Made by a program: the position numbers and the translations under genes | Assembly: GCA_016931035.1 (NCBI GenBank) | Contig: JAFGFN010000140.1 | Span: 1,178 to 65,177, forward strand | DNA length: 64,000 nt | Direction: 5' to 3' | Origin: Candidatus Sumerlaeota bacterium | GTDB lineage: Bacteria > Sumerlaeota > Sumerlaeia > UBA8349 | Part shown: positions 1 to 8,574 of the stretch, piece by piece | How positions within the stretch are numbered: the first letter of the stretch is position 1 | Layout: each line of letters starts with the position of its first letter | Notes under the pieces: model-generated | The model's database searches: none | Seen by the model: only the letters and a program-made list of their open reading frames with translations | What the model was told of the DNA's origin: nothing

Positions 1-7
1 CTTCGAT

Positions 8-2317
8 TCAGTTTGTCGAGCCAGTGGGGTCGCCATAGAGAATTCCGCGTCCGTGCGTGCCGACGTAGACGCGTCCCCAGCGTTTGGGGTCGCCCGTGAC
101 GTGGAGGATCGATCCCCACTGGTGTCGATCGTCGTTGATGCGCCGCCAGTCTCGGACGACGTCGTCGGAGCGAAAGACGCCCTGAACTCCCTTCACGACG
201 CCGACGAGATAGAGAGTCGGGTACTCGGCTCCGGGCGCGGGCGCGCCGAAACCGAAGGCACGGATCTCGCTCACGCCGTCGAGTCGGTCGAAGGACTCTC
301 CCCCGTTTGCCGAGCGATAGAGTCCGTCGAACGCCGCGAGCCACAGATCGCCCTTTCTCCCGGGCGCCGCGTAAAGACGATCCTGTCCGCCTCGCGGATC
401 GCCCCGGTTCGAGTCCTTCCGAGGCAATCCTCCGGGAAGACTCAGCGGGCGCTCGACGAAGCTTGTTCCCGCGTCCGAGCTAACGAAGAATCGCCCCTCG
501 AACAGATTCATCGCGTAGAAAGTCTCCGGCGCGACCCGGTCGGCGACGACCCGCGTGCCGGTCGTCAGCCCTCCGCACGGGAGCCACGTCGCGCCCCGGT
601 CGCGGGATAAATGCGGGAGGCTCTGGAGCGGGGTCCAGATCCATGCGGTCCCGTCCGAGGACACAGCCACGTGTCCTCCGCGACAGTCGGGGCTCGGCTG
701 GCCCGCCGGTCGCCAGGTTCGTCCGCCGTCGAGCGAGAAGGCGATGGATGTCTGGCCGCGACCGGCTCGGCCCACCCGGACGACGATCTCGGGTCGGTTC
801 TCGGCGCAGGCTAGGCTGTCCGTGTGACTGAAGCGCGGATAGTCGAAGTGTCCTTCGGGAGGAGACTCCTCCAGGTCCCAGTGGACGAAACCGGCATAGT
901 CTCCAATGGCGGAAATCAGATGCGCCCCTTGGGGCGGACTCAGCAGATCGAGCGCGACGGTCTGCTCGATGCCGGCGCTCATGACGCTCCACTTCGTCGG
1001 TTTGCCGCGGTCCATATCGGTCAGGTTGAACGTTTCGTACCCGCCGTAGCCGGTCGTGAACATCGCGTGGTCCGGGTCGGCGGGGTCGATTTCGACGTCG
1101 AACATCCAGTGGACCGGCGTCCGGGCCGTGTAGGGCGCCAGAGAGTAGTCGAATCGGCTCCCGCTTGCGAAGATGGGTTTCCACGTCGCGCCGCCGTCGA
1201 TGCTGCGGAAGATCTCCTCCCCGCCCGCCTCGTTTCGCCGACGGAACGAGCTGGCGATCGCGGTTCGCGGATTGCGCGGATCGACGGCGACCGCGGCGTA
1301 GCCGAACGATCGGTTCTTCTCGTTCGGATCGGGCTTGTCGGGGGTGATGTCGGTCCATCGGCCGGTATCGGTGTCGAGTTTCCACACGCCGCCGTCTTTC
1401 ATCCTGCCCGGACCGGCCGCGTCGCCGTACGACACGTAGAGCGTCCCGTCCGACGCCAGCATAGCGTGGTTCGGACGATACTGCGTCGGGTGGCCCGGTA
1501 CCGGCTCCCACGCGGCGCCGCCGTCCGTCGACCGGAACAGATTGTTGCGCCCCATGAGCGAGACGCCGACGTAGATCGTCGAGCGCGGCCTGCCTCGCGA
1601 GCCGCTCCGAGGATCGAAAACCACGAACACGATGCCGGGGACGTTATGGTCCATTTCGTCCTCGGACACGTCGGGGAAGGTCTCCACCCGCTCCCATGTG
1701 GCCGCGCGGTCCGCGCTCCTCCACAATCCCGCGTGGCGCGATCCGAAGTAGAGAATGTCCCCGTCGCACGGGTCCACCGCCATGCGTTCGCCGTTGCCTC
1801 GTCCGTTCTCGTTTCCGCCCATCTTGAAGGGGACGTCGACGCGTTGGAACGCCCGGCCTCGGTCGTTCGAGCGCAGGATGACGGCGTTGGGCGCGTAGGG
1901 ACGCGCGTAGGTCCCGCACGCCAGATACAAGCGGTCGGGATCGTTGGGATCGAGCGCGATGCTTTCGACCCCCATCAGGTTCCAATCCTCGGGAGAGACC
2001 CAGTCGAGAAGAGGCTCCCACAGCCCGACCCGGTCGTTCCAACGATAGGCGCCGCCCATGTCGGTGCGGCAATAGCGCACCCCTCGGGCGGTCGGGTGGA
2101 AGACGATGCCGTCCACAAACCCGCCTCCGCCGATCCGAACGTTTCGCCACGTGTAGGGTCCGGTCATACGTTGCCCTTCCTGCGCATGGCGCGAGCACCC
2201 CATCTGGAGGGACAGGGCGATTCCGAAAAGAAAGATCGCGATTGATTTGTACGTTCGGTTAGAGAACACGCCTACGACCTGTCTCAAGGACTTCTGGAGC
2301 GCTGAAAGCGCGGTCAT
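8..2317 (-). CDS. Secreted BNR/Asp-box repeat beta-propeller protein (GH74/sortilin-like)
   Basis: ORF 8..2614. At least seven S-x-D-x-G-x-(T/S)-W/F Asp-box motifs (WRSADRAATWERV, FRSTDGGAAWEPV, FRSIDGGATWKPI, SLDGGRTWRPAG, LSRDRGATWLPC). Signal-peptide-like N-terminus begins at internal Met100 (MTALSALQ...IFLFGIALSLQMGC). The upstream part of the ORF is Arg/Ser-rich junk. Confidence 0.6.
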   Translation of the reverse strand: MTALSALQKSLRQVVGVFSNRTYKSIAIFLFGIALSLQMGCSRHAQEGQRMTGPYTWRNVRIGGGGFVDGIVFHPTARGVRYCRTDMGGAYRWNDRVGLWEPLLDWVSPEDWNLMGVESIALDPNDPDRLYLACGTYARPYAPNAVILRSNDRGRAFQRVDVPFKMGGNENGRGNGERMAVDPCDGDILYFGSRHAGLWRSADRAATWERVETFPDVSEDEMDHNVPGIVFVVFDPRSGSRGRPRSTIYVGVSLMGRNNLFRSTDGGAAWEPVPGHPTQYRPNHAMLASDGTLYVSYGDAAGPGRMKDGGVWKLDTDTGRWTDITPDKPDPNEKNRSFGYAAVAVDPRNPRTAIASSFRRRNEAGGEEIFRSIDGGATWKPIFASGSRFDYSLAPYTARTPVHWMFDVEIDPADPDHAMFTTGYGGYETFNLTDMDRGKPTKWSVMSAGIEQTVALDLLSPPQGAHLISAIGDYAGFVHWDLEESPPEGHFDYPRFSHTDSLACAENRPEIVVRVGRAGRGQTSIAFSLDGGRTWRPAGQPSPDCRGGHVAVSSDGTAWIWTPLQSLPHLSRDRGATWLPCGGLTTGTRVVADRVAPETFYAMNLFEGRFFVSSDAGTSFVERPLSLPGGLPRKDSNRGDPRGGQDRLYAAPGRKGDLWLAAFDGLYRSANGGESFDRLDGVSEIRAFGFGAPAPGAEYPTLYLVGVVKGVQGVFRSDDVVRDWRRINDDRHQWGSILHVTGDPKRWGRVYVGTHGRGILYGDPTGSTN

Positions 2318-2468
2318 ATTAGAGCCCAGGGCAAGCGAGCCGTAAGCGCTCGAAGAGCGCGGCGCGAGCGACGCCCTGGGTAAACAGTCCTCCCCGGTAT
2401 CGCGCTGGCGCGTCTTTTTGCTCCGCAAAAAGCGTGACAGCGCCAATAGGTCTTCCTCGAGATCCGTT

Positions 2469-2660
2469 TTAGTGTCCGCCCGCGCGGGAGTCGGACCAGC
2501 ATATGGCGCCCCATACGATGCCCGGGATCCAGCCGTACGGCACGAACCACGTGACGACGACCATGAGCGAAGAGGCGATGCGTGCCCAGCCGGACCGTTT
2601 TGGGCTGATGGCATAGGTGATCATGAAGTAGGTGCAGACGATCTCAAGAACGAGAAGCAT
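2469..2660 (-). CDS. Small two-TM membrane protein (63 aa), hypothetical
   Basis: Two hydrophobic segments. GGAGGAG ribosome-binding site 6 nt upstream of the ATG. Lies 36 nt downstream of and co-oriented with the DUF3795 gene. Confidence 0.45.
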   Translation of the reverse strand: MLLVLEIVCTYFMITYAISPKRSGWARIASSLMVVVTWFVPYGWIPGIVWGAICWSDSRAGGH

Positions 2661-2696
2661 GGGTCTCCTCCCGGACCCGCGGGAATCCGACCGACG

Positions 2697-3011
2697 TCAA
2701 TCCGGTGTCGTCTCCGGCGGCCTCAATTCCTGGTACGTATCCTCGCCGCGAGCCCACGCTTGGAGATTGGCCAAGCGTTCGCCTCGGTCGCCGTGCTCGG
2801 GATGATCGAACGCCGCTTGCAGAGTCTCACAGGGCAAATCGGGACACGAGCCGCAGTGGGCGAGGTTTTTGCTCAGACAGCATTTCGCAATGGCGCATTC
2901 GCCCCAGTACATACGGCCCTCGGCGGTTTGGCAGCCGAGGCAGCGGGTCCTGGGCCTCCACTCGCAGACGCCGCAATACGCGCCGCACATTCCGATCATC
3001 TGTTTTTCCAT
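2697..3011 (-). CDS. Cys-rich DUF3795-like protein
   Basis: MCGAYCGVCEW...CLGC...CCLSKNLAHCGSCPDLPC cysteine pattern. Start placed at MEKQM, which has a GAGAGGA ribosome-binding site. The longer ORF N-terminus has none. Confidence 0.6.
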   Translation of the reverse strand: MEKQMIGMCGAYCGVCEWRPRTRCLGCQTAEGRMYWGECAIAKCCLSKNLAHCGSCPDLPCETLQAAFDHPEHGDRGERLANLQAWARGEDTYQELRPPETTPD

Positions 3012-3152
3012 CTCCGATCCTCTCGCGGCCGACGAGGCTTGTTCTCGTTCGTTCCCTGTTGCCCGCCTTTTCACCCGCGAGTCAGGATAGGACCGGACTC
3101 ACGAGCCGGTCAAGGAAAACCGGGGCGGGACGCGAGGTGCTCCCGTGAGCAT

Positions 3153-3326
3153 TCAGTGAAGTACCCACACTCTCGGCTGAGATTCGCCGCCGACTGCGCA
3201 GCTTCCCCCATCGAGAATCGTCTCTTGCCCCCAAGCCGAACCCGCGATCGCCAAGGCAATAAGCAGGAATATCGCGGCAATGAGAAAGACCAAGCCCTTG
3301 ACGATTCCTGTCTTCTTTCGGCGCAT
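3153..3326 (-). CDS. Unlisted 57-aa small membrane protein (MRRKKTGIVKGLVFLIAAIFLLIALAIAGSAWGQ...)
   Basis: Found by hand-translating the minus strand. It is below the 60-aa threshold of the ORF track. A single TM helix follows a basic N-terminus. AAGGGGG ribosome-binding site 6 nt upstream. Local GC is lower than the surrounding non-coding DNA. Confidence 0.35.
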   Translation of the reverse strand: MRRKKTGIVKGLVFLIAAIFLLIALAIAGSAWGQETILDGGSCAVGGESQPRVWVLH

Positions 3327-3768
3327 CTCAACCCCCTTTCCCGCCAGTGCCCCACCACCCTCTCTCTATTCAGTAACAATCCGGCCCGTCCTCATTCATC
3401 GCGGGCGGGGATTTTCCGCTTTTCTTGCTGAGGCGGAGGCGGGATTCCCCCCGGCCGCCGCCGGGGAAGGAGGGGGCCCAGGCGAGGCGCGGCAAGAAAA
3501 GCAAGACCGTCTAAATCTTTATGTGGCAGTGATCCGCGAGATACCGTTGGGAAACAACAAACGGCCGAAGGTTCCCGTCGAGAACGGAGGATTCTCTGTC
3601 GCGCCTAGTGTGGCGTCCCGGGTGTTCCTCGCATTATTCTAAGCCCGCGCAGCGGGCGACATAGGGTTAGCCACGGGCGTCAGCCCGTGGGAAAGGGCGT
3701 CTCCTCATACAAGAGCCCCCTCAAAGGGGGCGGCATAGAATATCGTCTATTATTCCTGGGACACGACA

Positions 3769-4233
3769 CTAGCGGACTCCGGTGTGGCCGAAGCCGCCTT
3801 CGCCGCGCGGGGTGGCGTCCACCTCGTCCACGACGCGCCACTCGACGCGCTCGACCCGCGCGACCACCATCTGGGCGATCCGGTCGCCTCGCGCGATCGT
3901 GAACGGCTCGGACCCCAGATTGCAGAGGATGACGTTGAGCGGACCGCGGTAGTCGGAATCGATCGTGCCGGGGGAATTGAGGACGGCGATGCCGTGGCGT
4001 AGCGCCAGGCCCGAGCGGGGGCGGACCTGGGCCTCGTATCCGCGCGGAACGGCGATGCGGAGTCCCGTCGGGACCAAGGCCACGCGGCCCGGCTCGACGA
4101 CGAGGGAAGAATCGACGACGGCGCGGAGGTCCATCCCCGACGAGCCGTCGGTTTGATAGCTGGGGAGGGGGACGTCTTCGCATCCCGGATCGCGCGAGAT
4201 TTCGACGGGCAACGTCGGGTTGGGTGAGGTCAT
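3769..4233 (-). CDS. dut: dUTP diphosphatase
   Basis: 154 aa starting at internal Met80 of the ORF. Conserved dUTPase motifs are present: [26 protein letters not shown] and the C-terminal GGFGHTG. Confidence 0.9.
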   Translation of the reverse strand: MTSPNPTLPVEISRDPGCEDVPLPSYQTDGSSGMDLRAVVDSSLVVEPGRVALVPTGLRIAVPRGYEAQVRPRSGLALRHGIAVLNSPGTIDSDYRGPLNVILCNLGSEPFTIARGDRIAQMVVARVERVEWRVVDEVDATPRGEGGFGHTGVR

Positions 4234-4397
4234 GTCTTGCCAGTTCCGTATCCTGGAATTGTGTTGCGCGCCTTCCGCTTCGAAGCGCGAAACATTAGGG
4301 TCGCCTCGACGGATCTCGGCGAAATCGATCGGGCCGTCACGTTTCCCGCGGAAAGAGGCAGGAAACGCGCCGGCCCTCGGTCTCCTTGTCTCGCCTA

Positions 4398-4444
4398 CCC
4401 CGCGCTGAAGCACGGGGCAAACGGGGAGCCTGCTGAAGCAGGCT
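4398..4444. repeat. Twin-hairpin REP-like element, copy 1 (CCCCGCGC-TGAA-GCACGGGG then AGCCTGC-TGAA-GCAGGCT)
   Basis: Two adjacent perfect stem-loops. A near-identical element lies in inverted orientation at 42035..42081. Confidence 0.7.
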
Positions 4445-4554
4445 GACTTGCAGCCCGCGCGCATCGCCAAGGACGCACCGGCTCGAAATCGCCAAGGGCG
4501 TCCGAGTGCCGCCCCAGTCTTTCAACCCGCAACCCGTAACCAGCAACCCGCAAT

Positions 4555-4854
4555 TCATCCGAGCGGATTCATGCTCGACGCACCGTTGACGGCGCGGCCC
4601 AGATAGGCGGCGCTGCGGCGGATCTCGAACCGCAACAGGCTCAGCGCGCGGACCTGAGCCATCCTCTGGCACCTGTCGAAATCCATGCAGTCGTAGCAAT
4701 GGCGGACCTGGTCCGGGTCGCCGATCATGTCTTCCATGAACCAGCCGAAGTTGACTCCGAAACAGTCCTTCATCTCGCGCTTCTCGTCGTTCGCCTCGAC
4801 GGAATCGGCGCCAGCCGGAATCGCGGCGTCTTCGGCGGCGGTTTCCTTCTTCAT
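4555..4854 (-). CDS. Small Cys-rich protein (99 aa), hypothetical, downstream of cysE
   Basis: GAGGAG ribosome-binding site 8 nt upstream. Carries a DCFGVNFGWF...HCYDCMDFDRC motif. Lies 41 nt downstream of cysE on the same strand. Confidence 0.55.
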   Translation of the reverse strand: MKKETAAEDAAIPAGADSVEANDEKREMKDCFGVNFGWFMEDMIGDPDQVRHCYDCMDFDRCQRMAQVRALSLLRFEIRRSAAYLGRAVNGASSMNPLG

Positions 4855-4895
4855 GGCTTCTGCTCCTCGAATTCCTTCCTACTTCATCCTTGTCC

Positions 4896-5822
<927 letters not shown>

Positions 5823-6056
5823 GTTCCACCTCCTCGGGCGGACAGATGTTCAGTCATTATAGGACGCCCGGACGCCGCGTGTCGAAAGAAAAGCCGTGCG
5901 ATTACGGAACGTCCACGACGCAGACAATGGCCCGATGGTCGGAAACGCGATTTGTCGCCGCCAAAGCGTCGCGGACGGCGAGGCCGGAGGACTGGGTTCC
6001 GACTGTCGCGGGTGTTCTTCGGTTGTCGCGGATCGATCGAGAGGGGGCGTATCCAA

Positions 6057-6698
6057 TTAGCGACACATCCTCAACAGCGCGTCGATGCACGCCTCGATCC
6101 CCTTGGCGACGTCGGCGATGCCGGGGCCGAGCATGTAGGCGGGGGTCGAGACGACGCGGTGCTCTTCGTCCACGACGCAGTCGTCCACCGTGCATTCGAC
6201 GTGGCGGGCGCCGGTGTGCTCGATCCGCTCGGCGGTCTCGGCGTCGTTTCCGATGGTCAGCCGGACGCCGCGTTTGCCGATGGCGCGCGCGACCAATAGA
6301 GGCGCGATGCAAATGGCGGCGATGGGTTTGCCCAAGTCGGCGGCTTCCTCGAGGAGTCGCTTGAGTTCGGGCTGGATGCCGCCGGGGCCCCGGCCCAGGT
6401 TGAGCGCGGTGCCCGATCCGCCCGGCACGACGACGGCGTCGTAGTCCGCGGCGCGTGCCGAGACCAGGGGCTTGACGTCGCCGCGCGCGATGCGCGCGGC
6501 TTCGACCATCTGGTTGCGCGTCTCGGGCATCTCCTCGTTGGTGACGTGGTTGGTGACGCGCATTTGCGGCTCGTTGGGCGCGAAGCATTGATACGTCGCT
6601 CCGCCGCGGGCGAGGAAGTAAAGCGCGAGGGTGCTTTCGTGGATTTCCGAGCCGTCCATGCGGCCCGCACCCGAGAGGACGACGGCGACTTTCGGCAT
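6057..6698 (-). CDS. elbB: DJ-1/PfpI-family glyoxalase ElbB-like (ES1 family)
   Basis: Start at Met23 (MPKVAVVLSGAGRMDGSEIHE), which has an AGGAGG ribosome-binding site. The catalytic cysteine lies in IAAICIAP. Confidence 0.75.
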   Translation of the reverse strand: MPKVAVVLSGAGRMDGSEIHESTLALYFLARGGATYQCFAPNEPQMRVTNHVTNEEMPETRNQMVEAARIARGDVKPLVSARAADYDAVVVPGGSGTALNLGRGPGGIQPELKRLLEEAADLGKPIAAICIAPLLVARAIGKRGVRLTIGNDAETAERIEHTGARHVECTVDDCVVDEEHRVVSTPAYMLGPGIADVAKGIEACIDALLRMCR

Positions 6699-6997
6699 GA
6701 TGGCGCCTCCTGAGATCGAGAGAAGAAAAACAGAGAAAGGAACCACGAACGACACGACAGGCACTAGGCCTTAGGTTGTAGGCTTTAGGCCTCAGTCTTT
6801 GGGCCTTAGGCTCTGTCCGACAATTGCCTGGAGGCCTTCTGTTTGTTCGACTCCTTCGGAGTCGCGATTCACAGGATGCTTGTTTTCGACGGGTTTCGGC
6901 CTTCGGCCTCACCCGTGGCTATTCACATTTTACTCCTTCGGAGTCATTATCGGACGGAGTCTAGTCTTCAGGCCTTAGGCCGGAGAGCCTTTCTGTG

Positions 6998-7030
6998 CTT
7001 CATCCTTCATCCCTCATCCTTCATCCTTTT
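6998..7030. repeat. 33-nt heptad array CTTCATCCTTCATCCCTCATCCTTCATCCTTTT, copy 1
   Basis: An identical 33-mer is present at 46725..46757. On the minus strand, which is co-oriented with the flanking genes, it reads AAAAGGAUGAAGGAUGAGGGAUGAAGGAUGAAG. Confidence 0.8.
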
Positions 7031-7075
7031 CGCATCCCGCCTAATGCCTCCAGCCTCAAGCCTATGGCCTGCACC

Positions 7076-8374
7076 CTAGGGCCTGCATTCGATCCGCGCG
7101 CCCAGATTCGTCATGAGCGAAACGAACGAGGGAAAGGTGACCGCGACGGACTCGGCGGTGTCGATGCGGCTCGGACCTTCGGCGGCCATGGCGGCGAGAC
7201 TCAGCGCCATGACCACGCGATGGTCGCCGTGGCCGCACAAGGACTCGCACCGTTCGAGCGTCCCGTTTCGTCCCTCGATCATCATGCCGTCGGGGGTTTC
7301 CTTGACCTTGACTCCCATCTTGCGGAGCTCCGCCGCCATGACGGCGATGCGGTCGGTTTCCTTGACGCGGGCCTGAGGCACGTTGACCAGAGTCGTGATG
7401 CCGTCGGCCAGCGCTCCGGCGACGGCCATTGCGGGAAGGGCGTCGGGCGTGGCGTTGAGGTCGATTTCCGTTCCGTGGAGGGACGACTTCTTCACGCGGA
7501 TCGCTCCGGCGACGTCGTCGATTTCGATCTTCGCGCCCATCGCCTTGAGATAGTCGATCACGGCCTTGTCGCCTTGCGAGTCTCTCATGTCGAGACCCGT
7601 CAGCTCAAGCTCCGCGTCGAGCGCGGCCCCCGCGACGAGGAAGAACGTGGCCGACGAGAAGTCCGCCGGAATCGCGCGGTCGAAGGACGGGTAGTGCTGT
7701 CCGCTTGGAATTCGGAACCTGGAGAAGTATTCGTCGTACTCGAGCTCGATGCCGAGGCCTTCGAGCCAGTCGACGGTCATTTGAACGTAGGGAGCCTCGT
7801 TGAGCCGCGTGACTTCGAGCTCCACGTCGCGCTGCGCGAGCGGAGCGTTGAGCAGGATCGACGTGACCCACTGCGAGGTGATCGCCTCGATCGACGTGCG
7901 TCCTCCGCGCAAGGGACCGCGCAGAACGAAGGGACACATGTCGTTTCCGCGCGTGGAAAAGATCTCGACCCCGAGATCGCGCAGCGCCGACATGAGCCGG
8001 TCGGCCGGACGGCGGCGAATCTGTTCGTCCCCGGTCAGGACGACCCATCCGCTTCCGCATAACGCGGCGGCGCCCATGACGACGTAGAGGGTGGTTCCCG
8101 AGTTCGCCACGTCGATCACGTTCTCGGGAACGGAGGGTTTGCCCGCGACCCCCTCGATAAACCAAGCGTTAGGATCCGACGCCGTGTCGATCTTTGCTCC
8201 CAAGGCGGAGCACGCGCCCACTGCGGCGCGGGTGTCGAGACTGTCGAGCGGGTCCCCGAGACGGCTTCGGCCCTCGGCGAGCGAGGCGAGAACGACCGCC
8301 CGCACCGTGTGGGACTTCGAGCCGGGAATGGGGACCGAGCCCCGGAGCGCGGAACGCTGGACTTCAAGTATCAT
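7076..8374 (-). CDS. aroA: 3-phosphoshikimate 1-carboxyvinyltransferase (EPSP synthase)
   Basis: Full-length 432 aa. N-terminal motif SVPIPGSKSHTVRAVVLASLAEG. Confidence 0.9.
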   Translation of the reverse strand: MILEVQRSALRGSVPIPGSKSHTVRAVVLASLAEGRSRLGDPLDSLDTRAAVGACSALGAKIDTASDPNAWFIEGVAGKPSVPENVIDVANSGTTLYVVMGAAALCGSGWVVLTGDEQIRRRPADRLMSALRDLGVEIFSTRGNDMCPFVLRGPLRGGRTSIEAITSQWVTSILLNAPLAQRDVELEVTRLNEAPYVQMTVDWLEGLGIELEYDEYFSRFRIPSGQHYPSFDRAIPADFSSATFFLVAGAALDAELELTGLDMRDSQGDKAVIDYLKAMGAKIEIDDVAGAIRVKKSSLHGTEIDLNATPDALPAMAVAGALADGITTLVNVPQARVKETDRIAVMAAELRKMGVKVKETPDGMMIEGRNGTLERCESLCGHGDHRVVMALSLAAMAAEGPSRIDTAESVAVTFPSFVSLMTNLGARIECRP

Positions 8375-8574
8375 GGTTCCGGAACCTCAAATAGGGTCGG
8401 GCGCTTCCTGAACCTCTGGCGAGGCAGACTCCCTTCTTCGTGCGCCGGTGCAGATTCACCATGCCGCACCGCCGCGACTTGTGTCAAGAGGGTCCTGACG
8501 GATGCGCGCACTCAGCCGTCGGGAAGTCACACCCGAGCCCGGGCCAAGTCCGCGTCACGGCGCAGGGGCGCGTC

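Noticed and set aside
824-2245. 473-aa plus-strand ORF and several nested ORFs (480..1511, 1644..2198)
   Set aside because: They are antisense or alternative frames of the BNR/Asp-box gene. Only the minus-strand frame at 8..2317 shows the repeated Asp-box motifs.
3280-3642. 120-aa plus-strand ORF in the dut/DUF3795 intergenic region
   Set aside because: It has no ribosome-binding site and a Pro/Ala/Gly-rich translation. It overlaps the better-supported 57-aa minus-strand membrane ORF.
5902-6912. 336-aa minus-strand ORF overlapping elbB
   Set aside because: It is the alternative frame of the DJ-1/PfpI gene. Its translation is almost pure Arg/Pro/Gly.
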